DNA of 24,000 nucleotides from Fidelibacterota bacterium (lineage in GTDB: Bacteria > Fidelibacterota > Fidelibacteria > Fidelibacterales > Fidelibacteraceae), in assembly GCA_028699915.1 (NCBI GenBank), contig JAQVTR010000023.1, positions 2,456 through 26,455 of the forward strand. Direction: 5' to 3'. Both the position numbers and the translations under genes were made by a program. Of this stretch, positions 7,671-15,189 are shown one piece after another. Position 1 is the stretch's first letter, and each line of letters opens with the position of its first letter. The notes under the pieces are model-generated. The model was not told the DNA's origin and searched no databases. It saw only the letters and a program-made list of their open reading frames with translations.

Positions 7671-9368
7671 ATGAAATGGATCTATCCCGAAACATCCGCG
7701 GAAGATGTGCTTGATTACAGCAGACTATTCCGTCTGCCGCTGCTCTACACCCGCGTTTTACTGAACCGGAACATTCGCTCCCTGCCGGCCCTGGAGCAGT
7801 ATTTTGACAAAAAGAACGCTACGCTCTATGACCCCTTTCTGATGCTGGACATGGATAAAGCGGTTACAATAATGATCGACGCCTGCAAGGAAAAGAAAAA
7901 GATCCTGATCTACGGCGATTACGATGTCGACGGTGTGACCTCCACTTCCATATTATACCTTTTTCTCCGGACCCTGAACGAAAATGTCTATTATTATATT
8001 CCCGAACGGGAAAAAGAAGGTTACGGGGTTTCGATGGAAGGCATCGACCATGCCATCGAGCAGCAGATCAATCTTGTCATAACCTGCGACTGCGGCATTA
8101 CCGCAAATGAAGAGATCGCTTATGCAGTCCGCAACGGAATATCGGTCATCATTACCGACCATCACGAGCAGGGGGAATTCCTTCCCGAGGCCAGTGCCAT
8201 TCTTGATCCGAAGCGCAATGAAGACAACTATCCCTTCCGGGAACTTTGCGGTGCCGGCGTGGTTTTCAAGCTTTTGCAGGGCATTTGTATAAGCTTGTAC
8301 GGCAATGCGGATAAAACAACGCCCTACCTTGATTTGGTTGCTATCGGCACCGCAGCGGATATCGTACCTCTGACCGATGAAAACCGCTGCATGGTACGGG
8401 CGGGACTGGAACGTATTCGCGGGCAGGTATGCCGCCCCGGCATCCTGGAACTTTTTAACGTCTGTAAAATGTCCGCGGAGGACATCTCGGTCGTCAATAT
8501 CGTTTTCGGACTTGCGCCGCGCCTGAATGCCGTCGGCAGAATGGGAAACGCCAGCCGCGCCATTACGCTGCTGACCACCGAGGACCGCAAGATCGCCCGG
8601 GAGTTCAGCATTATCCTGCACCAGGAAAATGCCGAACGTCAGCGTGTTGAGCGGAACGTCACCCGGGAAGCGGTCGCACAAATCCGCGAAAAATACGGGG
8701 ACAAATTACCCAAAGCCCTGATCCTTGCCGGCGAGTGGCACCCCGGGGTGATCGGCATTGTCTCATCCAAGATCAAGGACTGTTTTAACCGGCCGGTCTT
8801 TCTGATCGCACTCAGTGACGGAGCGGGAAAAGGCAGCGGCAGAAGCATCACGGGATTTGATCTTCATGCGGCGCTCACCGCCTGCTCCACCCATTTGAGC
8901 GCCTACGGCGGACATCAGATGGCTGCGGGACTCACCATAGACGCAGAAAACATTCCGGAATTTGAAGCGGAATTCCTAAGTTATGCGGAAAGCAATATCA
9001 GCGAAACCATGCTCGAACCCGCCATAGAAGTGGATGCCCCTGTCACGCTGCCGGAAATTGGCAGCCGCCTCCTGGATTTTCTGCACGACATGGAACCTTT
9101 CGGTCCCGGCAATATGCGGCCAAAATTCAGTCTGCACGGGGTCAGCGTTAAAAATGTGTCGCTGCTGAAAGACAAACATCTCAAATTCACCATTAAAGAA
9201 GACAATATCACGCTGAACTGCATCGGCTGGAATATGCTGACCAAATATGAGATGGTCATGGATAGCAGCCAGCGGGTTGATCTGGCTTTTGTCCCTACGA
9301 TCAATGTCTGGAACGATATCAAACGCATTCAGCTTGTAATTAAGGATATTCGTCCGCATAGGCCGTGA
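7671..9368 (+). CDS. recJ: Single-stranded-DNA-specific exonuclease RecJ
   Basis: DHH-family motifs are present: IYGDYDVDGVTS, VITCDCG, VIITDHH, CGAGVVFKL, GTAADIVPL, and DHHA1 GGHQMAAG. I chose the ATG at 7671 (MKWIYPE...) because the ORF-track TTG at 7641 lies only 8 nt from the rnpB 3' end. The ATG at 7659 is an alternative. Confidence 0.92.
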   Translation: MKWIYPETSAEDVLDYSRLFRLPLLYTRVLLNRNIRSLPALEQYFDKKNATLYDPFLMLDMDKAVTIMIDACKEKKKILIYGDYDVDGVTSTSILYLFLRTLNENVYYYIPEREKEGYGVSMEGIDHAIEQQINLVITCDCGITANEEIAYAVRNGISVIITDHHEQGEFLPEASAILDPKRNEDNYPFRELCGAGVVFKLLQGICISLYGNADKTTPYLDLVAIGTAADIVPLTDENRCMVRAGLERIRGQVCRPGILELFNVCKMSAEDISVVNIVFGLAPRLNAVGRMGNASRAITLLTTEDRKIAREFSIILHQENAERQRVERNVTREAVAQIREKYGDKLPKALILAGEWHPGVIGIVSSKIKDCFNRPVFLIALSDGAGKGSGRSITGFDLHAALTACSTHLSAYGGHQMAAGLTIDAENIPEFEAEFLSYAESNISETMLEPAIEVDAPVTLPEIGSRLLDFLHDMEPFGPGNMRPKFSLHGVSVKNVSLLKDKHLKFTIKEDNITLNCIGWNMLTKYEMVMDSSQRVDLAFVPTINVWNDIKRIQLVIKDIRPHRP

Positions 9369-9374
9369 TTTTCG

Positions 9375-9403
9375 TTGATATAACACCCAAACTGTCTTAT
9401 TTT
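9375..9403 (+). promoter_or_regulatory. Possible sigma70-like promoter (TTGATA - 17 nt - TATTTT)
   Basis: Hexamers at 9375-9380 and 9398-9403 in the 55-bp recJ/7TM-HD intergenic gap. Confidence 0.3.
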
Positions 9404-9423
9404 CAATTTATGTATTTTACAGG

Positions 9424-11799
9424 ATGACATTTATGATTGCAAAAAAAAGAAAATCGATGTTTCGCGACACTTTGAAAATTCCCTTCTGGACCATTTCAGT
9501 TCTGATCATCATGGTCCTCTTTTCCGCCCTAATGGCACCGAAAAAACAAAGTTACCGCTACAATTACCAAATGGGGGAAATTACCCGTACGGACATCATT
9601 GCGCCCTATGATTTTGATATTCTCAAACCGGAGGAACTGATCCGGCGCGAGCAAGCCGAAGCCCTCAAGAAAGTCGCGTATGTCTTTACCCTGGATGAAA
9701 GCGTCCGGGCCGAACAGGCCGAGCGGACCGAATTGTTCTTTCAAATGGCGAAAACGCTGGAGCAACGTTACCATAAATATCAGCAATCCCTGCAGACCCG
9801 GAATCTGGAGCGTTATTCCGCGCCCGACCTTAATAAGCTGAACGAGACCGTGCGAACGGACAGCAATGCCTTTGTCGCTATCAGCAACGCTTTTCGGGAA
9901 CAGTACAACATCAATGTCGCCGAATCTCCCTTTACGGAGTTGTACCGCCCCAATGACGGGAACCCTGTCAATCTGGAAAAGGTGCGCGAAAGCTTTATAA
10001 CGCATCTTTATTCCCTGTATGAAAGCGGCATTTCCGACATTCCCATGGATTCGATTCGTTCAACCCAGATCGCTGTCCGCATTCAGGGAGTGGAAAAGCC
10101 CGGCATGCAGAAGAATATTTATGACATTGCCTCTGCAAACGCACAGCTAACCGAAAATCTGGCAAAGGATTTCGAAGCCCACTCCCAGAAAATCCTTATT
10201 GCGAGGATTGCCGGGATCCTGATCAAACCCAACCTGGTCTATGACAAGGAGCGCACCGTTACACGCCAGACGGACATGATCAACCGCATCCCGCTTGTGG
10301 CCGGCAAGGTATTCAAGGACGAAAAGATCGTCGGTGCCAACACGCTGATCACGGAAGAGATCTTTCAGAAGATCTATTCCCTGAACGTCACCGAAGAAAA
10401 GCGCAATGCCAGCATGGAAGGCTGGAACGCCGTACTGAAAGTTCTGGGCGATATCCTGGTCATGATCGTGATCTACATGATCTTTGTCATTTTCCTTATC
10501 CTTTACGATAAAAGCATTTTTAACGATGTCAACCGCTTTTTACTGCTGATCATTTGTATGCTGCTGAGCCTGGGGCTGGGTTCGGTGATCGCCATGCTTG
10601 CACCCGCGAATATTGCCCTGGTTCCGATGACGATCACGGCCATGCTGCTGATGGTCTTTTTTGACGAGCGCATCGCGATGACCGGCTCGGCCGTGGTTTT
10701 GCTGGTGCTGACCTATGTTATGGGCGGTTCCTTCCGCTTTATTATTCTGCACGTATTCCCCGTCATGATGGCCATCATCTCCCTGCGCGGCAACCGTAAC
10801 CGTGAAAACGTTCTTCGGCCCCTGCTCTTTGTCCTTATCGGCTATGTTGTCGGCATTGCCGCGACCGGGATCTCGTCACTGGAGTCTCCTTCGCAGCTTA
10901 TGAATATGAGCGCGATGGCGCTGGGGAATGCCGTGGTTTCCGTGCTGGTTACCAACGGACTGATGATCATGCTGGAAAAGATCTTTGGTGTAACGACCAG
11001 TCTTTCGCTGCTGGAACTTTCAGACATGAACCGCCCGCTGCTGAAACGCTTGTCCCTGGAAGCGCCCGGAACCTTTAATCATTGTATCGTTGTGGGAAAT
11101 CTTCTGGAAACGGCGGCGGACAAGATCGGCGCCAACAGCCTGCTTGCCCGTGTCGGTGCCTATTATCATGATATCGGCAAACTCAGTAAAGCCGAGTATT
11201 TTGTGGAAAATCAGGCTTCCGGCAACAATAAGCTCGATCAGCTCAAACCCCACATGGCGGCAAAAGTGATCATTTCGCATGTGCGCAACGGCATGGACCT
11301 GGCCGAAGAAGAAAAACTTCCGAACCGCGTTAAGGACTTTATTGCCATGCATCACGGTACGATGCTGGTGGATTATTTTTATCAGAAAGCCAAAGAAGAA
11401 TCCGGCGAAAATGCCGTTCAGGAAAACGAATTCCGCTATCCGGGTCCCAAACCCAACAGTAAAGAGACCGGACTGCTCATGATCGTCGAAGCGGCGGAAG
11501 CGGCGGTGCGATCACTGGTCAAACCCAGTCCGCGGAACATCGAGGCCAAGATCGACGACGTGATCGAAAAACGCCTTTACGGCGGCCAGCTGGATGAATG
11601 TCCTCTGACCATTGCCGATGTACAGAATATAAAAAAAGCCATTTATCCGATGCTGGTAGGACTGTATCACGAACGCCTGCCATACCCGGAAGATAAAAAA
11701 GACGAAGAGAAAAGCGGCGATAAAAAAGAGGAGCATAAGGACGAAAAAAAGGAAGACAAGAGCGAGAGCAGAACGAATCTTCAGGAAGTCAAAGCATGA
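9424..11799 (+). CDS. 7TM-receptor HD-domain phosphohydrolase (PgpH/YqfF-like)
   Basis: 791 aa: an N-terminal anchor, a large extracytoplasmic region, a block of about 7 TM helices (roughly aa 340-520) and a C-terminal HD domain (HCIVVGNL, YYHDIGK, AMHHGT). It is followed by ybeY with an ATGA overlap, the conserved yqfF-ybeY arrangement. Confidence 0.85.
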   Translation: MTFMIAKKRKSMFRDTLKIPFWTISVLIIMVLFSALMAPKKQSYRYNYQMGEITRTDIIAPYDFDILKPEELIRREQAEALKKVAYVFTLDESVRAEQAERTELFFQMAKTLEQRYHKYQQSLQTRNLERYSAPDLNKLNETVRTDSNAFVAISNAFREQYNINVAESPFTELYRPNDGNPVNLEKVRESFITHLYSLYESGISDIPMDSIRSTQIAVRIQGVEKPGMQKNIYDIASANAQLTENLAKDFEAHSQKILIARIAGILIKPNLVYDKERTVTRQTDMINRIPLVAGKVFKDEKIVGANTLITEEIFQKIYSLNVTEEKRNASMEGWNAVLKVLGDILVMIVIYMIFVIFLILYDKSIFNDVNRFLLLIICMLLSLGLGSVIAMLAPANIALVPMTITAMLLMVFFDERIAMTGSAVVLLVLTYVMGGSFRFIILHVFPVMMAIISLRGNRNRENVLRPLLFVLIGYVVGIAATGISSLESPSQLMNMSAMALGNAVVSVLVTNGLMIMLEKIFGVTTSLSLLELSDMNRPLLKRLSLEAPGTFNHCIVVGNLLETAADKIGANSLLARVGAYYHDIGKLSKAEYFVENQASGNNKLDQLKPHMAAKVIISHVRNGMDLAEEEKLPNRVKDFIAMHHGTMLVDYFYQKAKEESGENAVQENEFRYPGPKPNSKETGLLMIVEAAEAAVRSLVKPSPRNIEAKIDDVIEKRLYGGQLDECPLTIADVQNIKKAIYPMLVGLYHERLPYPEDKKDEEKSGDKKEEHKDEKKEDKSESRTNLQEVKA

Positions 11800-12224
11800 G
11801 TTGCAGCATTCGAATCTTTAACGAAAGCAAGGTCAAACTTCCGCTTCCGGATCTGCGCATACGGCAATTGCTGAGAAACGTTCTTCTTGCCCTGGAGCGC
11901 AGGGATTTTCAGATCAGGCTGATCGCCACCGGAGAGGAAGCCCTGCGCGAAATGAAGGTCTCTTATTTTAACGAAGATGTGTATACGGATATTATCAGTT
12001 TCCTGCTGGAAGACGAAATGACGCTTGAAGGGGAATTATACTGCAGTCCGGAGCGGATCCGCAACAATGCGGAAAGCTACGGTGAGCGACCCGAGCGGGA
12101 ATTTGCCCGGGTGCTGATCCACGGAGCCTGCCATCTGTGCGGTTACGAAGACGGCAGCGAAGCGGAGCGCCGCAGTATGACGGAACTGGAAGATCGTTTC
12201 TTAACGCAATTTTTTGACGGATAG
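11796..12224 (+). CDS. ybeY: rRNA maturation endoribonuclease YbeY
   Basis: 142 aa. The metal-site block VLIHGACHLCGYED matches canonical HGxLHLxGYDH, except that the last His position reads D/G here. Conserved operon context. Confidence 0.85.
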   Translation: MSCSIRIFNESKVKLPLPDLRIRQLLRNVLLALERRDFQIRLIATGEEALREMKVSYFNEDVYTDIISFLLEDEMTLEGELYCSPERIRNNAESYGERPEREFARVLIHGACHLCGYEDGSEAERRSMTELEDRFLTQFFDG

Positions 12225-12226
12225 CC

Positions 12227-13510
12227 ATGTCCCCGGGTTTAAGCATTATCATTTTTATCGGCCTTTTGGTACTTTCCGGAATTTTTTCCGGTTCCGAAAC
12301 CGCGCTGTTCGGCGCCAGAAAGGACGTCCTGCGAAATATGAAAAGCAAGGGTGCCAAACGCACCCTGAAACTGCTTGGCAAGCCGCAAAAATTGCTGATC
12401 AGTATTCTGGTCGGTAACACCCTCGTCAATATCGCACTTACCGTGCTCAGCACCGTAATGGTCTACCGGCTTTCCCGGGAGTACGGAATGCATCACCTCG
12501 TGACGGCATTTCTGGAAATTGTGCTTGTCACGCTGCTGGTGCTGGTCTTTGGCGAGATCATTCCCAAGACCATTTCGCTGCACAATGCCGAAAAGACAGG
12601 TGTTCGGATGAGCATGCTGATCGCTATATTTTACACTGTATTTTTCCCGCTGACCATTGTGCTGTACCTGATCAGCCGTATTGCCGAAAAAGCGCTGCGC
12701 ATCAAACAGGACAGCCTGATCCGTAACGAGGATGACATTAAAACCCTGGTACAGATTGGCGAGGAACGCGGAGAATTCCAGGAAAAAGAAATCGAAATGA
12801 TCACTTCACTGCTGGAATCCACCGAAACCTGCGTACGCGAGATCATGATTCCGCGGCCGGACATGGTGGCTGTGGACGCCGATCGCCCGCTGGAAGATAT
12901 TTTTAATTTTGTCAGCAACCAGCGCTTTGCGCGTTTTCCCGTTTACCGGAACGACCTTGACAACATCATTGGATTTATATCCGAAAAGGATATTCTTGGA
13001 TATCTGGACGGAAAGGAGAAGGTTACGATCGAAAAGCTCATTCGTCCGCCCTTATTTCTCCCGGAACAGTGCTCCGTTTCCAGGGCGATCACGGTTTTTC
13101 AGGAAAAAAAGACCAAGATCGCCATTGTGGTTGATGAATACGGAGGCACCAGCGGACTGGTTAGCCTGGAGGATGCCATTGAAGAGATCGTGGGGGACAT
13201 CCGGGACGAAAACGAGGCCGGCAGCAATATGCTCAAATGGCTGACGCGGAACGAGTGCGCCGTAAACGCTTCCATCAATCTGGACGAACTCGAAGAGATC
13301 CTGGATATCCGTTTTCCGGAAGAGCGGGCTTACGACACACTTGGGGGTTTTGTGATGGATCGTCTGGGCCGCATTCCGGGAAGGCATGACGCTTTCCGCT
13401 ATCAAAACCATATTTTTATCGTCGATGAGATGGAGCATAAACGCATACAGCGTCTCCGTATCATCCGTGCCCACCATAAAGCACCGGATTTTAATGAAAA
13501 GTCTCGATGA
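12227..13510 (+). CDS. CNNM/DUF21 - CBS pair - CorC_HlyC domain protein (CorC/TlyC-type, hemolysin-family annotation)
   Basis: 427 aa with four N-terminal TM helices carrying GSETALF and GEIIPK motifs, a CBS pair (IMIPRPDMV..., FPVYRNDLDNIIGF...), and a C-terminal transporter-associated domain (YDTLGGFVMDRLGRIP). Confidence 0.85.
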   Translation: MSPGLSIIIFIGLLVLSGIFSGSETALFGARKDVLRNMKSKGAKRTLKLLGKPQKLLISILVGNTLVNIALTVLSTVMVYRLSREYGMHHLVTAFLEIVLVTLLVLVFGEIIPKTISLHNAEKTGVRMSMLIAIFYTVFFPLTIVLYLISRIAEKALRIKQDSLIRNEDDIKTLVQIGEERGEFQEKEIEMITSLLESTETCVREIMIPRPDMVAVDADRPLEDIFNFVSNQRFARFPVYRNDLDNIIGFISEKDILGYLDGKEKVTIEKLIRPPLFLPEQCSVSRAITVFQEKKTKIAIVVDEYGGTSGLVSLEDAIEEIVGDIRDENEAGSNMLKWLTRNECAVNASINLDELEEILDIRFPEERAYDTLGGFVMDRLGRIPGRHDAFRYQNHIFIVDEMEHKRIQRLRIIRAHHKAPDFNEKSR

Positions 13511-14261
13511 ACTCATCGCCATTGTTCGCATTTTGCGCTCTCCGGAAGGTTGTCCCTGGGACCGGGAGCAGAATTCCCGTTCGCTGTTGCCGTATTTTCT
13601 GGAAGAAGTTCATGAAACCATCGATGCCGTCAACGCGAAAAATTACGAACAATTGAGAAAGGAACTGGGGGATGTGCTCCTGCATGTGGTGTTTCAGATA
13701 CTGATCGCGGAGGAGGAGGGACAGTTTGGTTTTGAAGAGGTGTTTGAGGGAATCAATGCAAAAATGCGCCGCAGGCATCCGCATGTTTTTCAAAAAGACC
13801 GCGAATACAGCAAGGAAGAAGTAAACCGGAACTGGGAGCGGGACAAGCGCAAAGATCCCGGTGAGCACCTGCTGGACGGCATTCCGCGCGCTTTGCCGGA
13901 ATTGCACCGTTCCTTCCGCATGCAGCAAAAAGCCGCGGCCGTGGGTTTTGACTGGGATGATGTCTCGGAGGTCTGGAAGAAGCTGGACGAAGAGCTAGAG
14001 GAATTTCGCGAGGCAAAAACGGCGGGGGACAGAGCGGCCATGGAAAATGAAATGGGGGATATTTTGTTCGCACTGGTCAATCTCAGTCGTTTTTACGGTC
14101 TGCATCCCGAACAGGCGCTTCAGCGGAGCAATGATAAATTTTACCGTCGTTTTACCGCCATAGAGGATCATTATAAGAAAAAGGGCGCTTCCATAAAAGA
14201 TGCAGGTCTTCAGGAGCTGGACCGGCTTTGGGAAGAGATAAAAAAGGAAGAATTCCGATAA
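13494..14261 (+). CDS. mazG: Nucleoside triphosphate pyrophosphohydrolase MazG
   Basis: 256 aa from the internal ATG at 13494 (MKSLDELIAIVRILRSPEGCPWDREQ...). Both MazG half-domains are present (EE.HE...ELGDVLLHVVF and EELEEFREA...EMGDILFALVNLSRF). The ORF-track start at 13386 would add 36 codons that overlap the end of the preceding gene. Confidence 0.9.
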   Translation: MKSLDELIAIVRILRSPEGCPWDREQNSRSLLPYFLEEVHETIDAVNAKNYEQLRKELGDVLLHVVFQILIAEEEGQFGFEEVFEGINAKMRRRHPHVFQKDREYSKEEVNRNWERDKRKDPGEHLLDGIPRALPELHRSFRMQQKAAAVGFDWDDVSEVWKKLDEELEEFREAKTAGDRAAMENEMGDILFALVNLSRFYGLHPEQALQRSNDKFYRRFTAIEDHYKKKGASIKDAGLQELDRLWEEIKKEEFR

Positions 14262-14273
14262 GCCGGGGGCGGT

Positions 14274-14291
14274 CTTCGGGGCTTCCCGAAG
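14274..14291 (+). terminator. Stem-loop after mazG (CTTCGGG-GCTT-CCCGAAG), no U tract
   Basis: A 7-bp perfect stem with a tetraloop, 13 nt after the mazG stop. It lacks a T run, so it may be a stabiliser or a Rho-dependent site rather than an intrinsic terminator. Confidence 0.3.
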
Positions 14292-14312
14292 TCAATCCGA
14301 CCGGAGATTGGA

Positions 14313-14396
14313 TTGACTCAAATAAATTGACTCAAATAAATTGACTCAAAATATTTGACTCAAATAATTTGCCCCAAACAGATTGCCTCATAAAAA
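14313..14396. repeat. 6 x 14-bp tandem array, unit TTGACTCAAAtaaa decaying to TTGCCCCAAAcaga / TTGCCTCATAaaaa
   Basis: Units start at 14313, 14327, 14341, 14355, 14369 and 14383. The core TTGACTCAA is a 9-bp palindrome around its central base. The array is preceded by the hairpin GTCAATCC (14291-14298) / GGATTGAC (14310-14317). Confidence 0.95.
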
Positions 14397-14408
14397 ATAC
14401 GCATTTAT

Positions 14409-14957
14409 TTATTCTTCATAATGATAAGTAAAAGCTTCCACGTATTCCCTGTATTTCTGTGAGTTCGGAAAACAATTCTGACGAATATCAGGTAAAAATA
14501 ATTTACTTTTACGTGCATTGATCCACTCCCGGTAATTTGAGTAAGGCCAGTCTTCCGGTTTTTCAGCCAGGTTTGCGTACACCGGATTCATGTGGATGTA
14601 CTTGCTGAGCTTGATCATATATGTTTTTGTTTCCACGACGGTATGCTGCAGTGGTGACCTGAAAATAGGACCTTTCCGATCGTGTTGTTTGTTGAAATAC
14701 CTCGCATAAGAAATGAAGGTGTAATTAAACAAGCGGTAAATCTTTATGTCACTATCTTGTCTGATCAAAAAATGGTAATGATTGGGCATCAGACAATAGC
14801 TGATAATACCCGCAGGAATTTTATTGATTCGATCCGTGAAAATTTGCAGGAAATAATTGTAATCCTCATCATCGTAAAATAGTTTCAGATCATCAATTGC
14901 ATGATTGAAAACATGGAAAACCCTTCCTGTTGTAAAATCATCCTGTGAACATCGCAT
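14409..14957 (-). CDS. Y1 HUH transposase-fold protein (IS200/IS605 TnpA / REP-associated tyrosine transposase, RAYT-like)
   Basis: 182 aa from the ATG (complement of 14955-14957), which sits 6 nt after AAGGAGG. It has the HUH motif in CLMPNHYHFLI and the catalytic-Tyr helix in KYIHMNPV. Hand GC counts on six 60-nt lines of the gene gave 30-50 %, mostly 30-43 %, against about 55 % in a mazG line. Confidence 0.85.
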   Translation of the reverse strand: MRCSQDDFTTGRVFHVFNHAIDDLKLFYDDEDYNYFLQIFTDRINKIPAGIISYCLMPNHYHFLIRQDSDIKIYRLFNYTFISYARYFNKQHDRKGPIFRSPLQHTVVETKTYMIKLSKYIHMNPVYANLAEKPEDWPYSNYREWINARKSKLFLPDIRQNCFPNSQKYREYVEAFTYHYEE

Positions 14958-15054
14958 CTTCGTCCTCCTTAATTTTATTTTATACGGTAGTAATTTAATA
15001 TAAAAAATCATTCAGCCTGTGCCGGTAAATAAAAAGTGTGATGAAGGTTATAAA

Positions 15055-15110
15055 TTTGAGTCAAAATATTTGACTCAAAACATTTGCCCCAAAACATTTG
15101 CCCCAAAACA
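15055..15110. repeat. 4 x 14-bp array of the same family (TTTGAGTCAAAATA, TTTGACTCAAAACA, 2 x TTTGCCCCAAAACA)
   Basis: Same period, same orientation and same TGACTCA-to-GCCCCAAA gradient as the array at 14313-14396. The first two units form a perfect 11-bp stem with a 3-nt loop (15055-15065 / 15069-15079). Confidence 0.9.
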
Positions 15111-15111
15111 T

Positions 15112-15120
15112 CCCCCCCCC
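15112..15120. repeat. Homopolymeric C9 tract
   Basis: Nine consecutive C, immediately after the repeat array and 9 nt upstream of the -35 hexamer at 15130. Confidence 0.95.
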
Positions 15121-15129
15121 ATTTTTCCC

Positions 15130-15157
15130 TTGACTTCTCACGCGCTTTTCGTATATT
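15130..15157 (+). promoter_or_regulatory. sigma70-like promoter of the DUF134 operon (TTGACT - 16 nt - TATATT)
   Basis: Hexamers at 15130-15135 and 15152-15157 with a hand-counted 16-nt spacer, 33 nt upstream of the ATG at 15190. Confidence 0.55.
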
Positions 15158-15180
15158 ATTATTGGCATATGCCAATAATA
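15157..15180. promoter_or_regulatory. 24-bp perfect palindrome TATTATTGGCATATGCCAATAATA (putative operator)
   Basis: All 12 base pairs of symmetry were checked individually. It spans from the last base of the -10 hexamer to the first base of the AGGAG SD. Confidence 0.6.
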
Positions 15181-15189
15181 GGAGCAAGA

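Larger units (their letters stand above)
14291..15120 (-). mobile_element. IS200/RAYT-like module: transposase gene plus flanking hairpin-forming 14-bp repeat arrays (boundaries uncertain)
   Basis: A low-GC block between mazG and the DUF134 promoter. Subterminal hairpins lie on both sides (14291-14317 and 15055-15079), as in IS200/IS605-type elements. No terminal inverted repeats or target duplication are recognisable. Confidence 0.45.

Noticed and set aside
7252-7695. 147-aa ORF on the minus strand.
   Set aside because: It is entirely superimposed on the RNase P RNA gene, whose conserved helices and P4 sequences explain this stretch.
13386-13493. Extended N-termini given in the ORF track: 13386 for mazG, 15019 for DUF134, 15011 for the transposase, 18705 for M28, 21044 for the LolA-like gene, 7641 for recJ.
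   Set aside because: For mazG, DUF134, the transposase, M28 and the LolA-like gene, an internal ATG reproduces the family-typical N-terminus or signal peptide; all but mazG also have an AGGAG-type SD at 5-8 nt. For recJ no SD is evident. In each case the extension would overlap an upstream gene, promoter, RNA gene or repeat array.
14313-15110. Could the 14-bp arrays, or the 136-bp repeats at 5345-5633, be a CRISPR array?
   Set aside because: The units are directly abutting with no unique spacers. A 14-bp period is far too short for repeat plus spacer. There are only 2 copies of the 136-bp unit. No cas genes are present in the window.
15161-15176. sigma54 promoter (TGGCA...TGC) inside the palindrome TTGGCATATGCCAA.
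   Set aside because: The spacing and the -12 element do not fit TGGCAC-N5-TTGCW. After TGGCAT the sequence reads ATGCCAATAA, with no TTGC at the right distance. A sigma70-type -35/-10 pair sits immediately upstream.
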